Counted from the stretch's first letter, positions 14,346 through 28,346 are shown. The stretch is 64,000 bases of DNA from Octopus vulgaris (GCA_951406725.2 OX597814.1:59830001-59894000), one strand, 5' to 3'. The notes: a model not told the origin generated them from the sequence alone. Numbers and translations are program-made.

Positions 14346-16224
14346 ATATATGTCTACTTGGATGTGCATGTATGCGTAGTCCGTGTGTATTCGTGTGTAT
14401 TCCGCTTCATATATGCGTGTTACGATGATTTTCTAAGGCATTTCTAACAAAATACTTTGAATAAAGTAATGCTTGCAGAATTGAATCTTAACGAGATTTC
14501 ATTGCTACTTTTATTTCTTCGTCTTTCTTTATATAATCATCTCATTTGCTATCATGTTAACCAATTTGTCGACGACAGTCTATTGATTATAATAGTATTC
14601 AAGCAGATCTCACAGTAAACTGGGGTTGCTCTGTTTTTTTTTTGTGTTTTTTTTGTGTGTTTTCTTTTCGTGGAGTTCTACAAATGAAATCACTTCAAAT
14701 CTTTGGATACCATAACTATCAAAATGCCTCTCTTCAATCATAAATACCAGCATGACTAACAATATTCATACCTCTTCTGTTCTACCATCTTAAAATCGGT
14801 TACTTAATTAGGAACTGATTGAAAAGCTTGTCAGAAATATTTGATTTTCAAAACGTTCATTTGCTAAATGTTTTCAGGTTAATATTTGAATAAGATGGTA
14901 CTACTTTGAATTTAAAAAAAAAAGCTTAATAACGTTAAATGGAAAACAAGTTGACGGTTGATCGATTTTTACGTTTCTACTTTTTAGTACTAGCATTTCT
15001 ACGCAAAGATAACATTTACTTAATGATTTAGACGTATGCATCTGGTTGCAAGTAAAGAGAGACAGAGACAGAGAAGAGAAGTGAATATATATGCATATAT
15101 ACACAGTTACACACTTCTTTTGAAAGTCCCTTCCCTTACACAGACACACCCTACATTTATGCACGCATACACATGCACGCACACACACAAACACACACAC
15201 ACATTAGTTTATCACTTATACATACAATCACGCACATTAGAACTCAGGCGCACACAATCTCACACAGACATATTCTTCAAACTCACAGTTACGCAAATAT
15301 ACACGTGCACATACTGACACTTTCACACTTTCGCTTTGTCAATTCTTGTTTTGTTTTGCAACTTCGAATTATCCGTTCCCCTCGAGTCCTTTCACTCATT
15401 GCTACTATTTAACCGCTTCTAATAAGATAACCATTTCACTCATCCGCATAAATCTTCACCTTTCATCTCTTTGTTCATATTTCCTTCTTTTGTGACCATT
15501 TCTCGTCGTTCTAGTGTCAAGTTTGTACCAACTTTACTAGGTTTTGTTTTGTATCATCCAGCACATACGTTATTTCATTTTCTTCTTTCACATTAACGTT
15601 TTCTTGGACTTCTTATCTCACTTTAGTATTTAATCACTTCGACCGTTTTTCATCTTTCAGTCTGAAATTGATTTTAAGCAACACAGCTTTTCCTTTAATG
15701 AATCTACGAATGGTAGGTATTTAGCATACAAAAACTCAATATTTAAAATATCCATATCTGGGTATACTACACTAATTTTAGTATGTGTGTGTGCGCGCGC
15801 GTGCGTGTGCGTGTGTGCGTGTGCGTGTGTGTATGTGTGTGTGTATGTGCGTGTGTGTGTGCGTGTGTGCATGCGTACGTGCGTGCCTGTGCTACGTGAT
15901 TGTATCCGTTACCGTGTCAGTAACGCTACTATTACCGAAACCGGGGAATAGAATGTCCACTGTTGTTCTTAGTGATGGAACACCAATTATTTCCGGGTGT
16001 AATAAAGTATCATATTTTATTAGAACTATTGTTCATTGGATATTGTATTACAGCTCATACGTACTCTAGCAATATATGTAATTATACGGTTGTTTTACGT
16101 AACATTAATCGGTTTCATAATAAATTGTGTGTTGTTACAGTGCCTCCTGTCAAGACCTATATGCATTGCCAGTGTGATTGGAAAAGTCAGAAATATGTAT
16201 ATATATATATATTGTTCTATCAAA

Positions 16225-16650
16225 GGCGGTGTGCTGGCAGCATCATTAACACGCCAGGTAAAATGCTTAGAGACATTCCGTCTGTCTTTACGTTCTGAGT
16301 TCAAATTCCATCGAAGACGTCATTGCCTTTCATCCTTTCGGAAGCGATAAAATAAATCCCGGTAGTATTCTGGCGTCTATGTAATCAACTTTCCTCCTTC
16401 TCCAAAATCGCTGGCCTTGTGCCAAGATTTTAAATCAATATTTATACTGTACCTAAGGAGGTTAAGGAGGTGAGCCAGCAGAATCGTTACACGCCGGGCT
16501 AAGCGATATTTCTCCCGCCATTACGTTCTGCGTTAAAATGCTGCCGGGTCGACTTCTTCTTTCATCCATATCCACTCGGACTCGAGCATAGAGATCGTTG
16601 CAATCAATTTAGTTCATCCTTTAAATTGCCAAAATTTCAAACCAATATTT
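16225..16650 (+). mobile_element. Two SINE family B copies (short-tail type)
   Basis: ggcggtg(t/a)gctggcag..acgcc(a/g)gg..cgttctgagttcaaattcc..gcctttcatcctttcgg; second copy starts at about 16466. Confidence 0.8.
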
Positions 16651-17317
16651 ATGCTATCCCTCTAATTACTGTCATTATCGTCTTCATAATCATCATGTAC
16701 AAAAACCAAAACAAAAATAAGTTCCTCTCCGAATTGTTATAGCATGATTGTAATCTGGAATTTAACTCTATAAAGCAAGGATAAATGAAAAATTAACCAA
16801 ACAAAACTACAATACTTTACAACACTTTTATTGCTTATTCTTGGACCAAATTATAATCATAGGTATCATCATTATGATTGTAAGCCCGGCACACATTCAT
16901 TAAAAAATTTCACCGTCATTACCAACGCTCACGTCCCCCTCTGCACCCAAAGCATATCTGTATGCGTGCAGTTCTGTGTGCATATTACAATGTCAAAAAT
17001 TAAAGCAAACGCTTCCTATAAAAAAATGTAGTGCTTGCGTAATCTAAAGCCTTCACTCCAAGAATAAAAAAGACATTTACATGTGATGCATGAAATTATT
17101 GATTTGCTTTAATTAGGCAAAAACCGATTTAGACAGATGAAGAACTGCATTCGAGGGATTATTTATTTTTGTCCTCTACAGACGAATGAAATTAAGTTGG
17201 AGCACCAATGGATTATAAGTGAGATTTCAGTCTTCGGTAAAAAAGCGAATGTGCGTATATACATACGTACATACATGCATACATACATATGTACAAATGT
17301 ACATACATACACACAAT

Positions 17318-17386
<69 letters not shown>

Positions 17387-17472
17387 GAAATTTACTGAAA
17401 AACAAAAGACGAAGATAGGTGTACAAAGAACGGTAGATGTATTACTTTGACGCTCGGGAAGGTGACTAAGTA

Positions 17473-17506
17473 TTTTACATTTCGGGCCTACGCTCTTCAA
17501 CAGAAA
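17473..17506 (-). ncRNA. Minimal hammerhead-like motif (variant core) within a (TA)n-flanked insert at 17383-17870
   Basis: Minus strand: TTT-CTGTTGA-A-GAGC(GTAG)GCCC-GAA-ATGT-A/AAA; A6U in the core; downstream segment resembles the 50567-50775 insert (gacgctc.ggaa). Confidence 0.5.
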
Positions 17507-18028
17507 GGAATACTAGGAAAAATAAAAAGAGAGAGAATAAAAAAAAGCTGTGAATTTAGCGGTCCTTCATGGTGACTGGTTGGAAAATTGTAGTTGGAGA
17601 TGAGAGCTAAAAAGAAAGGGAGATAATAAAGTACTGGTGATACCCAAACGGTGCGCGTGTGTATATGTGACAGTGTGTAAGAGTGCGCGTGTGGATAGGA
17701 GCTGATGACTTTGACGTGTGGATGTGAACACGTGTGTGTGCGTCTGTAAAGTGTGGGTGTGTGGATGATGATGTGGGTGGTGGGAAGTGGTGACTGGTAG
17801 TGTGTGCAGAGTGGTGTGGGTATGTGAAGGTGGGATGGAGTGGGTTTATGGTGAGGATTTGGGGATGAGGATATATATATATATGCACCCATGTGTTCCT
17901 GTTTGATGAATACACATATATAATTGAGCCTTATGTCTCATGATTCTTCCATTTCTCATGAGAGAGAAGTACGTCCTTGTTGGTTTGTTATTTTTATTTT
18001 TTAATGTGCAGGGTTTAATGTTTGATTT

Positions 18029-18103
<75 letters not shown>

Positions 18104-20102
18104 CATAAATGGCAATTTCTGCCTGTCTGGTGTCATCTTGTTGCCTGCCAGCGAACCAATCTCGCGTGAAAACTTTCCATACATGTTAAACTACCATCCA
18201 GTTCAATTATAGGCTAATTGGCTTGCAATAAAAATCGATAATGAGCCCCAACCGGGGGTTGGTCTATTATGTTATAAAATGAGACGGGTGCAAAGAGTGT
18301 TAGATTGAGGGAAATGTGGTGGCGTAATGAGGGTGGTTAATGTCACGGAAAGAGAGGAGACAGTAAGAGACAGATAGATATGGAATATAAGAGACAGAGA
18401 GAGAGAACGAGTTACAGGAACAAAGCGAGAGACCGAGAGGATGTGTTTACTGAGGAGAAGAGCGAATTTTAATATCTTGTTCTTTAATTTTTACCTATCA
18501 CTTATCGCATACACTTTAGTGAATTAACTATCGTATGCTCAATCAAAACTTTTACAATATGTCCAACAACAGATGTAAAACTAACTAGTTTTCAAATCAC
18601 CGTATTAAGATTTATGAAAACTTAACCAACGTACTGAAACAATAAAACTATAGATAATGTCTTTCATTTCCGTCCATATAGGAATAACACGTCGTTGTCG
18701 GGTAATTGTTACATTCGAATGTCCTATATACATTTTTGTTTATTCTATATCAGACCATGCCTTCCTCGACAGATATGCCTCTTGGTCAGGACAGATTAGT
18801 GCAATATTTCGCAAAAATAATTCCTTGACGATCTGGAACTAACAAATAACAAAATTGGATTTAACGTGGAAAATTATTTCAATATACCAAATTTGAAAAT
18901 TTTGACGTAATTTTAAAATTTCACAATGAGAACAACAGGTAAAACTCTCAAAATTGGCAATAATCAACTTTCTGTCAATTGTTTCATAGTGGCACATCGT
19001 CGGTTTTCTCATCCTTCGAACCATCAACCAATTCGAATTTGATATTACCTTATCATTACAATCAATCAATTTTATGATTCAACTGTATTACTTGCCAACA
19101 TTTTTAAATCTAGCCCAGATCATTGTGAATTTGTAAATCTATTTGTATACGGGAACTTAACAGGGAACGGGGTAGGACATGAAACAGTGTAATGGAAACG
19201 GGAACTGAAAATAACACCCGCTCTTCCGGGTATTACTGGGTAATTCAGTTACTATATATATATACATACATATGTGTCTGTGATGAATGCATATATAGAA
19301 TCGTGCTTTGTGTCTCACAGATATGCAACATGACAGTTCCTCTCCACTTTGCAACAGTAAGCAATGTGTTTTAAGGTAAGATAGATCTTTCTTGTTTCTT
19401 CACAGATGCAGTTTGCCAACAGATTGACTGCATCACCATAGAAGATGCTGATACGACACAAAATGCCGGAAGCGAAAAAAAAACATATAGAGAGCAAAGC
19501 ATTGCGCCTGACAATTCATCAGTTTTATCTGTCTACTGCCTTGCCCACGCCACATTGCATAACTATGCAATTACAGCGAATGAAGTAATAAACTTCTTCA
19601 TTTTAAGTCAGCAGTAATTAGTCAACTTGTAATAGGTATTCTCAACGTTATGCTTTCGGGTTACGAAATACAGCTACAATTTATTCCATGTTGCTTCCAC
19701 AAAAGCAATGGTCAACAGAGGAAATCATTTCGATAAGAAATCAAATTAGTGTCGGAAAACTGAATAGCATAAAGATGATACAAGTTATGAAGTAATCTTC
19801 TAAATTGCACACTTCTATTGCACACCACTTTTCCTATATATGAATCCCAGCCAGTATTAGTGTGACCTAACGTTTTCTTCTCCCTTTTTACACAAGTGTG
19901 TTTCAAGGCAGATTTCTATATCATGCCTCACAGGCAGAGTTATAGCGTCTGCAAGTGTGTGAGTATTGTCCTTTAGAGAGCTTCAATTAAACAGATATCA
20001 AACAAAAACCACTTCCTCTTTATACCTGTATGTGAGAATAAATTAGAAAATGTGCATTTAAAAGCTTTTAATACAGTAGGATAAAATCTAATGGTGACTT
20101 GC

Positions 20103-20209
20103 CTCCTATATATAGGAGATCAGACACTGTAAATCGATGTGTGAAGGGTAACTGTGTTGGTAATATGATAGTGGTGCTGGAGGTAATGATGTTGCTATCT
20201 AACCTGAAG
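20103..20209 (-). CDS. Weak candidate exon, laminin-G-like C-terminal segment
   Basis: Acceptor tatttttgtctcttcAG, non-canonical GC donor gag|GCAAGT; only open frame FRLDSNIITSSTTIILPTQLPFTHRFTVSDLLYIG(G), which resembles the LamG xLxVD...LYIGG pattern. Confidence 0.3.
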
Positions 20210-21296
20210 CTGAAGAGACAAAAATACAGTTACAACCCAGCTACACAATTGAAATCCTCTTTCTAAATAATTTCAAAAATTTGAATATCTACAATTTTAT
20301 CTGCAAACATTCCTCTTTCCTATGACATTAAAAACTTGAATTTCTGCAATTTTCTAAGAGTATTTAATTTTTTCTCTGATTATTCGAATGTGAAAACATC
20401 TTTTTTTATCACAAGGATATTCTTAAACACCTCAGGCTATCTAACTTCAAACAGGTGACTCTTTGTGATTACATAATTTCTTAATTTTTACTAGCTCTTC
20501 GAACACACTAACATTGCTTTTGCAAATCCTGAAAAAACTGAAGCGCCTCCAAAAGTCAATACTCAAATAACTTTCCAGAACTGTTCACAAACGCAGCAGA
20601 TAAGCGACTGGCATACTTACTAACCCCACCTACGAAAACTGTAAATCACAGCAAATCTTCATTTAATATTGTGAAAAATTCAACCGTGTATATATTTATT
20701 TTCAATTGATAATTGAAACAGATCAAAATAAATCAGTTCTTTTCAAAATCTACCATCACTCTTATCATCCATAGTAGTAGTAGCTTATACTTCTCTGATC
20801 ACATATTTTGACCCCTGCTGACGACATAGATACAAGAGCTCCTCTGTTTGTTCCCCATCAACAGCTATTTAATCTATTTATAGATTAATGATATCTAAGT
20901 CTATGACCACTAAACTGTGCCTCTTCCGCCTACTATCCTCTCAACTCGCATGTACTTATGAGTACATAAGATAAGAATTTAATAATACTACACACAGTGG
21001 TAGAAGCAAAGCTTGCCAATCTTTGCCAATCTCCAGCAGCAACTTATAAAGTAACAACAATGAAAACACCAACACTGCTACTATATCTACAGAAGGTAAC
21101 CACAAGGACAAAACGAACAATGATAATAGTATAATAATAGCAATGGTAACCTCAATAATAATTATAGTCAAAATAATGGTGGTGAAATAGCAATAATCGT
21201 TTGTTTATTAGCGACACTGAACTTAATAATAACTGTAATATTTATGTCCCACAAAATGCTTTATGAAGCACACAGGAGAATTAAAATAAAGGTACG

Positions 21297-21343
21297 CCAA
21301 ATCGTTTCTCGTGTAGTTAATCTGCAAGCGCTTTCTTCAGTGG
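21297..21343 (-). ncRNA. Decayed hammerhead motif at the 3' end of a PLE remnant
   Basis: Minus strand: CCA-CTGAAGA-AAGCG-CTTGCAG(ATTAA)CTACACGA-GAA-ACGAT-T/TGG; lies just downstream of GIY-YIG-like remnants. Confidence 0.5.
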
Positions 21344-21399
21344 GGAAGCAACTTAAGGTCGAAAAGTGATCCACTGGCAATGTGGCAATGTTTAAAAAG

Positions 21400-21900
21400 G
21401 AACTTGAGCAGGAACAAACTATAAATAGCTAGGAATGAGTGAAGGCTATAGTATTCAGTATGCAGACATGAAATAGAAGCTCAAGAAGGAATGTTATTTT
21501 AGTGTATCCTGAGCTAAATGCACATAAGAAGGTGCCAGCCACGAATTCATGAGCAGTTCTATATGTTACATATAGTTTCAATGTATTGAACTGGAATATC
21601 AGTGAAATGTAAAACATTAACAGAAAAATTCATAAGTCGATCACTTGTAGTAAAATACATCACTCAAAGGCGGTCGTGGATCGTCTTTAACTTCCTAAAG
21701 ACCAAGGAGGTTTCCTCCTGTGTGAAATTTCTCAAAAGAGTCAACTCTATCATGAAACAACAAACGTCTGGTTGCTGAAACACGTTGAAAACCACGAGGA
21801 GTGTAATATGCTTCATTTTATCTCCGAGAGCAAATAATTTCCTATTGGTTGCATGAATAATATCCACACTGAACAGCATGACGAAGTTTGGCAAATGTTG
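21400..21900 (-). mobile_element. Decayed Penelope-like element, GIY-YIG region
   Basis: Echo of the PLE C-terminus (FLLELLFHVCILN..F, resembling ExxLIFxLxTLxP), followed by an HHR motif. Confidence 0.4.
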
Positions 21901-22306
21901 CACAGAAATTAGAAATAAAAGCAAAGAAACAAGCGCATGAACAATGAGCTGGTAGGTGTGAGCAGAAATCTGTGCATGGCAAATACGCTGCACGTAGGTA
22001 ACAAGCTGATGTTGCCTACACATATACTAATCAATGGCTACGAAGCTCAAGTTAATAGGCCAGAAACTACGCGGCCAGAACTAATGCAAAGGAAAGAACA
22101 ATTAGGAATTCTTTCCCCTGAGCTGTATACTTATTTCTTTATCTGGAAACCTTGCACTGTCGCGTGTTGATTCTTTGCGTTCTTAACCAAGATGGAGACG
22201 AGCACCAGCGTCCCTTCTTCCAAGCTTGATAACTTCATAATTAATAGTAGACTTGTAAACACACAAATAAAGAAGTATACCCAAAAAGTATGTGTGTGTA
22301 TACATG

Positions 22307-22339
<33 letters not shown>

Positions 22340-22341
22340 GA

Positions 22342-22913
22342 TATGGCCGTCTACTCTTGACTGAGGAAGATCATTGCCGACCTTCAGTCTCCCTCTCAGT
22401 CTCCTGAATATCACAGGCCTTTAATGAGGACTTGTCACAGTCCTTAAATCGCAGCCTTGGATTATGTCGGGGTTCTCTTTCCATTCACAAGTTCCCCATA
22501 TAGCATCTGCTTAGGTGTCCTGCTATCCTTCATTTTAATGAGATATCCTGTCCAACGTAACCGGTGGTTGCGCACCATCGCCTCAATACTGAAGATATCA
22601 GCTCTCCTCAAGACCTGTGTGTCTGGGGTTTTTAAGGTCCAGCCAACATTCGGAATGTGTCTCAGACATCTCTGATGAAAGCGTTCAAGGACCCCTACAT
22701 GACGTTTGTAAAGAGTCCATGTCTCACATAAGTAAAGGAGTGATGTCAATACATATGCACTGTACACAGCAATTTTCCTTTGCTTTGTGATGCCATACTG
22801 GGACCAGACACGAGACTGAAGAGACAGGAAGGAATCAGTTGCTCTCTGCAGCCAGAAACATATTTCATTATCCAAAGAGCAAGAACTCAAGAAGATGCAG
22901 AGGTTGGTTTGCA
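22342..22913 (-). mobile_element. RTE-clade LINE 3' fragment
   Basis: LLYLCETWTLYKRHVGVLERFHQRCLRHI..RLRWTGYLIKMKDSRTPKQMLYGEL..PRLRFKD; 3' end shared with the 47500-48115 copy. Confidence 0.9.
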
Positions 22914-22914
22914 A

Positions 22915-23751
22915 TGTTCAAAAATGGTGATTTCAGCCTAAGAAAGAGGCTACGGATAATACATCCTTCTTTTGTGAGAGCTTGAGGAGGATAATGCTGC
23001 GTTAGTTGAAGAATTGACAAGCGAGCTCAATTCAAGCCATTCAACTGTTCACTGTCATCTTCAACAGCATGGACAGGTCCCAATCTTGGAAAAGTATGTT
23101 CCTAGTGATTTGACAGAAGGCGACCGATGATCACGAGTGAACATCTGTTCATCTCTTGACTCTTGTGAACTTGACTCACAACTTTTGGACAGATAAGCAA
23201 CTGGTGATGAAAATGGATTTTTTATGAAAATGTTAAGCGATGCAGGCAATGGCTTAGTTATGGAGAACGCTAAACCACAACCCAAAAAGAACCTCCAAAC
23301 AAAAAAGTTCTTCTGTCTGGTGGAATTGCAATAGTTATTATACCTATTGCCAACAATTAAAGCGTTTGGATACGGCTTTAAAGAAAAACAAGCCTTCTTT
23401 GGCGAATTGTACGGAAAAGGTTCTTCATCATGATAATGTATGGCCCAAAACTACAAAGATTACATTAGAAAAAAATAAAAGAATTTGGCTGGGAAAAAGT
23501 CCCTCCTCCACCTTATTCCCCGGGCCACCTTATTCTCCTTCTGATTATCATTTGTTTTGAAGCTTATAGATTCATTTAGATGGATTAATACTCAAAAGAG
23601 ATTTTCTCTAATGGAATTAAATGACTGATGAGTAGATGGAAGTCATCGATAATGATGAGAATTATATTCAGGATTAAATTTTAATAAAATGCAAAATTAG
23701 ATCATTTTTTCCTTTACCCCAAATTCGGACATTACTTATGGGATGACCTGA
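22915..23751 (+). mobile_element. Mariner (DD34D-type) transposase fossil with right TIR
   Basis: YVPSDLT (WVPHEL-like), IATGDE, LHHDN, PYSP..PSDYHLF; ends ggacattacttatgggatgacctga followed by (TA)n. Confidence 0.88.
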
Positions 23752-24084
23752 TATATATATATATATGAATAATCGTATGTGAGCGTACGCTGTGTATATA
23801 TGTATTAAGTTAGATGTGGCTGAATATGCGTATGTTTAAGAAGCATCAGGTGTAAAGCAAGATTTGGATTCATTCCTGCAGCTCCGATTGTAGACATTTT
23901 CTCGTGCAGAGGTTTCTGATGTAATTATCATTTGCACACCTGTACACCTGCACTTCATCCATCGACGACACTCAATTACTATGAAATCACTGATAGCAGT
24001 CTTTAAATTAGAACTACAAAGCCATAATTGCAGATTGACGCTATGCATTAACGTTTCAGGAAAATCCTTGCAGTTTTAGGATCA

Positions 24085-24446
24085 GACGCAGGAGTGACTG
24101 TGTGGTAAGACGTTCGCTTCCTTCCCCTTCCGTGACAGCTTGGGCAAGAGTCTTCTACTATAGCTTCGAGACGACCAAAGCCTTATGGGTAATTTTGGTA
24201 GACGGAAACGGAAGGAAGCTCGTCATGTGTGTGTGTTTGTGCGTCGCTGTCCCCATCATCGCGTGGCAACCGATATTGGTGTGTTTACATCCCCGTAACT
24301 TAACGGTTCAGTAAAAAATACCAAAAGAGTAAGTACTAGGGTTAAAATAAGTACTAGGGTTACGTGCTGGAGTCGATTTGTTCAGCTAAAGGTAGTGCTC
24401 CAGCATGGCCGCAGTCAAATGACTGAAGCAAGTAAAAAAGTAAGAG
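24085..24446 (+). mobile_element. SINE family A
   Basis: gacgcaggagtgactgtgtggtaaga..cttgggcaag..gtgctccagcatggccgcagtcaaatgactgaagcaagtaaa. Confidence 0.9.
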
Positions 24447-24779
24447 CGTATTCGGGTTAATGAATCATCAAACCTTTTTGGTTATTTTAAAGTAGTATCA
24501 GAATGATTTTCCTAAGAAATCATTATGACGCTTCATAAAATGCTTTACAGTAATTGTTTTAAATGTCTACGACCTCACTTCAAATCCGCCGATGACAGCT
24601 TTCAGTTTAGAACTTTTCGTCGAGAAGAGAAAATATCATTCAAATGCCCGATTCTGAGTTCGAATTCTGGCAAGCCGTTAGTAGGTACTACACTTAAACC
24701 ATGGCACGAATTAACACCAACTACGTAAGAATTAGCATAAATTAAGTGGCGTCGAATGAGTACCAAGCTTCGAGCCTAG

Positions 24780-25130
24780 CTTCTTGTTCTAAGAGATCTT
24801 TTTTCTGCACGCCGCCCTACCCACAGGTCTGAGAGTCCCTTAGAGTATATGAAATTTAATGAAGGCCTTACTGTATTGGAATTTAGAAGCATCAATGAAG
24901 AGTTCGACTGTCGTATATGGCGAACCATAACTCGCTTATATCTATTCATTGTTGAAAACTGATACTGATATTTTTCCCAATAGTATTTTCGCGCAAACAT
25001 ATGCAATGAACTGTCAGGTTTCATTGTAATCTTTTATGCATCAGAAGTTTTCGGATATTGGATTTTAGCTTATATATAACGGCTGCTGTACTGCATATCC
25101 GTCCCCTTGTCCCCTGATACTCAATGGAAT
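24780..25130 (-). mobile_element. Possible decayed Gypsy-type RT N-terminal fragment
   Basis: ITMKPDSSLHM resembles VxKPDGSLRxC; followed by FSTMNRYKR. Confidence 0.3.
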
Positions 25131-25299
25131 TGTTCTTACAAATCCCTTAAATTTACCGTCTACGAGAAATAACATAGAATGATATTTCGAAAATTTATCC
25201 AAAATAGATATTACTGTCGTATTTTAGAGTTCTGCTTCAGCAGAACTATGATCATTAACATGTATGTTTGAATGTATACTAACTGAAAGAATATACACT

Positions 25300-26412
25300 T
25301 TCCTTGAAGAATTCTTATGGATGCAAAGATGAATTACTCATAAATAAAATTACTGTAGAGAAAACGCTGAAGCAACAAGATGAATCTGAGTATGGCATGG
25401 ATTGACTACAGGAATGCGTTTGATAATATACCACATAATTGATACATAATTGGCAAAAAAGAATGGGCAGAAACAAATTGAGGAACGGTGGAACCAGACG
25501 CCTCTGCATGGACAATATATACTTCGAAGCCGAAATGTTGATGTACACCAAGCAACAACCCACCAGCAGCTGTGAAGCTCAGGACAGAAAGCAGAGAATG
25601 AAGGTTTCATATTGGCGGTTCAAAATCGAAGCTTGCTTACCAAAGCTACCAGACTCGTAAAGAGTTCAGATCCTAAATGCAGATTCTGCGATATATTTGA
25701 TGAAACAATAGACCATTTCGTCTCTGGATGTTCTGGGCTCACACCAAATGAATAAAAAATCGCCACGATAGGATAGGAAAGAATTTACATTGGAAAATAT
25801 GCAAACAATACAAAATCAGCACTCCTTACTGGTATGAACATCATCCTGAGCCAGACGTTGAAGGTAAACATGTCACTATCCGCTTGAATTTTCCAGTCAA
25901 CACCGACAGGACGATCCAGGCTAATCGATCGGAGATGATCTATTAAAGACAGAGAAGAAAATTTTTGTAGACTAATCGATGTATGTGTTCCCACAGATAA
26001 AAATATATCAGGAATTTGACAAATTAAATAAATTTAAAGACTGGGAAATTGAAATAAAAGAGATGTGGCATTTTAAAACGAGAACTGTTGCTGTTATGGT
26101 AGTTGCTCTAGATATATTAAGAAAGGGGTGTCAGATACATCTAGATAATATCCCAGGAGAACCATGTCTAAGAGGAATTCAAAAGATTATGTTCACAAGT
26201 ACTGCCCACATGCTTAGAAAAATCCTATCATTTTGAATGTCTGTACTATTTTACCTGAAGGTATTTCTTTACTACCCCTACCACTGCCCTTCCTAAGCTT
26301 TCAGTCATACTGTAACACATCTTATCCTTCACTCACCCTAGGACGCTGGGTATGTCTCGGCGAGTGATTGTAACACACATGCACATTAAAAGTAAATAGT
26401 AATAATAATAAT
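25300..26412 (+). mobile_element. R4/Dong-clade LINE 3' portion: CCHC zinc knuckle, RLE endonuclease, 3' UTR and (TAA)n tail
   Basis: DPKCRFCDIFDETIDHFVSGC..RHDRIG; RLIDVCVP; KFKDWEIEIKEMW..IQKIMFTSTAHMLRKILSF*; tail taataataata. Confidence 0.9.
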
Positions 26413-26415
26413 ACT

Positions 26416-26737
26416 ATCTTCTAAATGCACAAGGGCTGAAATATTTTGGGGGAGGGTACTAAACGATTACATCGATCCCAGTTTGTAACTGGTACTAAAT
26501 TTATCAACCCTAAAAGGATGAAAGGTAAAGTCGACCTCGGCGGATTTTGAACTCACAACGTAGCGGCAGACGAAATACCTATTTCTTTACTACCCACAAG
26601 GGGCTAAACACAGAGGGGCCAACCATGGACAGACACACGGATTAAGTCGATTACATCGATCCCAGTGCGTAACGGCAGACGAAATACGGCTACGCATTTC
26701 GCCCGGCGTGCTAAGGTTTCTGCCAGCTCGCCGCCTT
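26416..26737 (-). mobile_element. SINE family B, dimeric form with an internal deletion in the first unit
   Basis: Head ggcggcgagctggcagaaac at 26735; junction gtaaagaaataggtatttcgtctg; second unit with short tail. Confidence 0.9.
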
Positions 26738-26757
26738 AATAATAATATTAATAATAA

Positions 26758-26900
26758 AGGATTACCAGGAGGATCCTAAGCACCTGAAAGAGGGCTGAAA
26801 ACTTGTAGATACCTTAAGTTACAAGTACTAACCCGCTACCCACAAAATGCCTACCAAGAATAAGACTCAAACTCAGCCAAACCAAAATAATAATAACGAT
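26758..26900 (+). mobile_element. Probable tiny 3' end of a second R4/Dong family in a (TAA)n site
   Basis: Reads RITRRILST* (RLE LINE C-terminus-like), then a UTR and aataataataa; TAA repeats on both sides. Confidence 0.5.
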
Positions 26901-27335
26901 AATGTTGATGTTATTATTACATGTGTTTTAAGTTTTAAAATATTGTATTTAAAGTATATCTATTTTTTAAATTTCATCCGTTTTTCTTAATTGTTTCTTA
27001 TCAAAAACCACGAAATCTTATTGGGTATGAAATCACTTAAGACTTGGTATTAGAAAATGTTTGTTCAACGTCAATTCTAACGAATAAATTTCCGCTGCAC
27101 TTAAGCATCAACTTTCCATTAAATAAAACGTATTGAAATCAAATTACAAACGTGTGTTTGACCCGAATCATTATCATTGGTTTGGTAAGTAGTGAATGAA
27201 GATTTCTGGGTCAGCATGTTTGATTCTCCAAACAGTTTTCCAATTAGAATAACAAAATATGAAGCAATTGGAACAGTAGTTGAAAAGAACAAAAATACAT
27301 CAGATTGATTATTAAACACAATATATAACAAATGC

Positions 27336-27368
27336 ATATATATATATATATACACACACACTCACACA

Positions 27369-27432
<64 letters not shown>

Positions 27433-27556
27433 GTGTGTGTGTGCGTGTGTGTGTGTATGTCCGTGTGTATATATAATATTATGATATATATATGTATATA
27501 TATCGATATATATACATATATACATACATAAATACATACATACATATACATATACA

Positions 27557-27616
<60 letters not shown>
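27336..27616. repeat. Compound (TA)n/(TG)n/(TACA)n microsatellite
   Basis: Direct observation. Confidence 0.97.
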
Positions 27617-27619
<3 letters not shown>

Positions 27620-28115
27620 AAGCACAGCATAATCAAAATTATCCGTAATCATCTGGAAATATGATTAATCAAGTGATAGTACATCAATATTTGAATAGTT
27701 ACCATAAATAATGTGGTTGCGAAAACTTATTTTCTTATCATCAGTACAAAGACGGAGGAACAAAGTGTGTTTGACTGAGTTTTTGATTTAATCATTACTT
27801 ATGTGCTTATTTTACAATATAAGATCATACGTCAGTGCAGCATAAATTCATTCAGTAGAAAATAAAATAGTTTAAACATTTACTACTTTAGTGAAAATAG
27901 TCCAGTAAATCGCAATGGAAGTGTGTGCATTGAATAACCGATATTTTGTTTTACAAAATTTCAAAATGTTGTAACATTTTAAATAGTTGTATTTCTACTC
28001 CAGATAAAGTTAAGAAAAATATGCAAATATTTAAATAATATTCTATAATGTAATAATCGATATGATGATAATATTTAAGAACTAAGAAGCTTGCTAGAGC
28101 TTTTTAGTACACTAA

Positions 28116-28346
28116 GGGTGGCGAGCTGGCAGAAACGTTAGTACGCTGGGCGAAATGCTTACCAGTATTTCGTCTGCCGCTCCGTTCTGAGTTCTAATTC
28201 CGCCGAGGTCGACTTTGCCTTTCATCCTCTTGGGGTCGATTAAATAAACAGTAGTTATGCACTGGAGTCGATATAATCGACTTAATCCGTTTGTCTGTCC
28301 TTGTTTATCCCCTCTGTGTGTAGCCCCTTGTGGGCAGTAAAGAAAT
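28116..28346 (+). mobile_element. SINE family B (long-tail monomer)
   Basis: gggtggcgagctggcagaaacgttag..gttctgagttctaattccgccgaggtcgactttgcctttcatcc..gtaaagaaat. Confidence 0.93.

Noticed and set aside
15661-19600. Plus-strand exon-like segments (15661-15712, 17182-17236, 19321-19356, from 19405)
   Set aside because: Splice-like signals are present, but phases do not chain cleanly, one intron would be under 50 nt, and the peptides resemble nothing recognisable; such hits are expected by chance.
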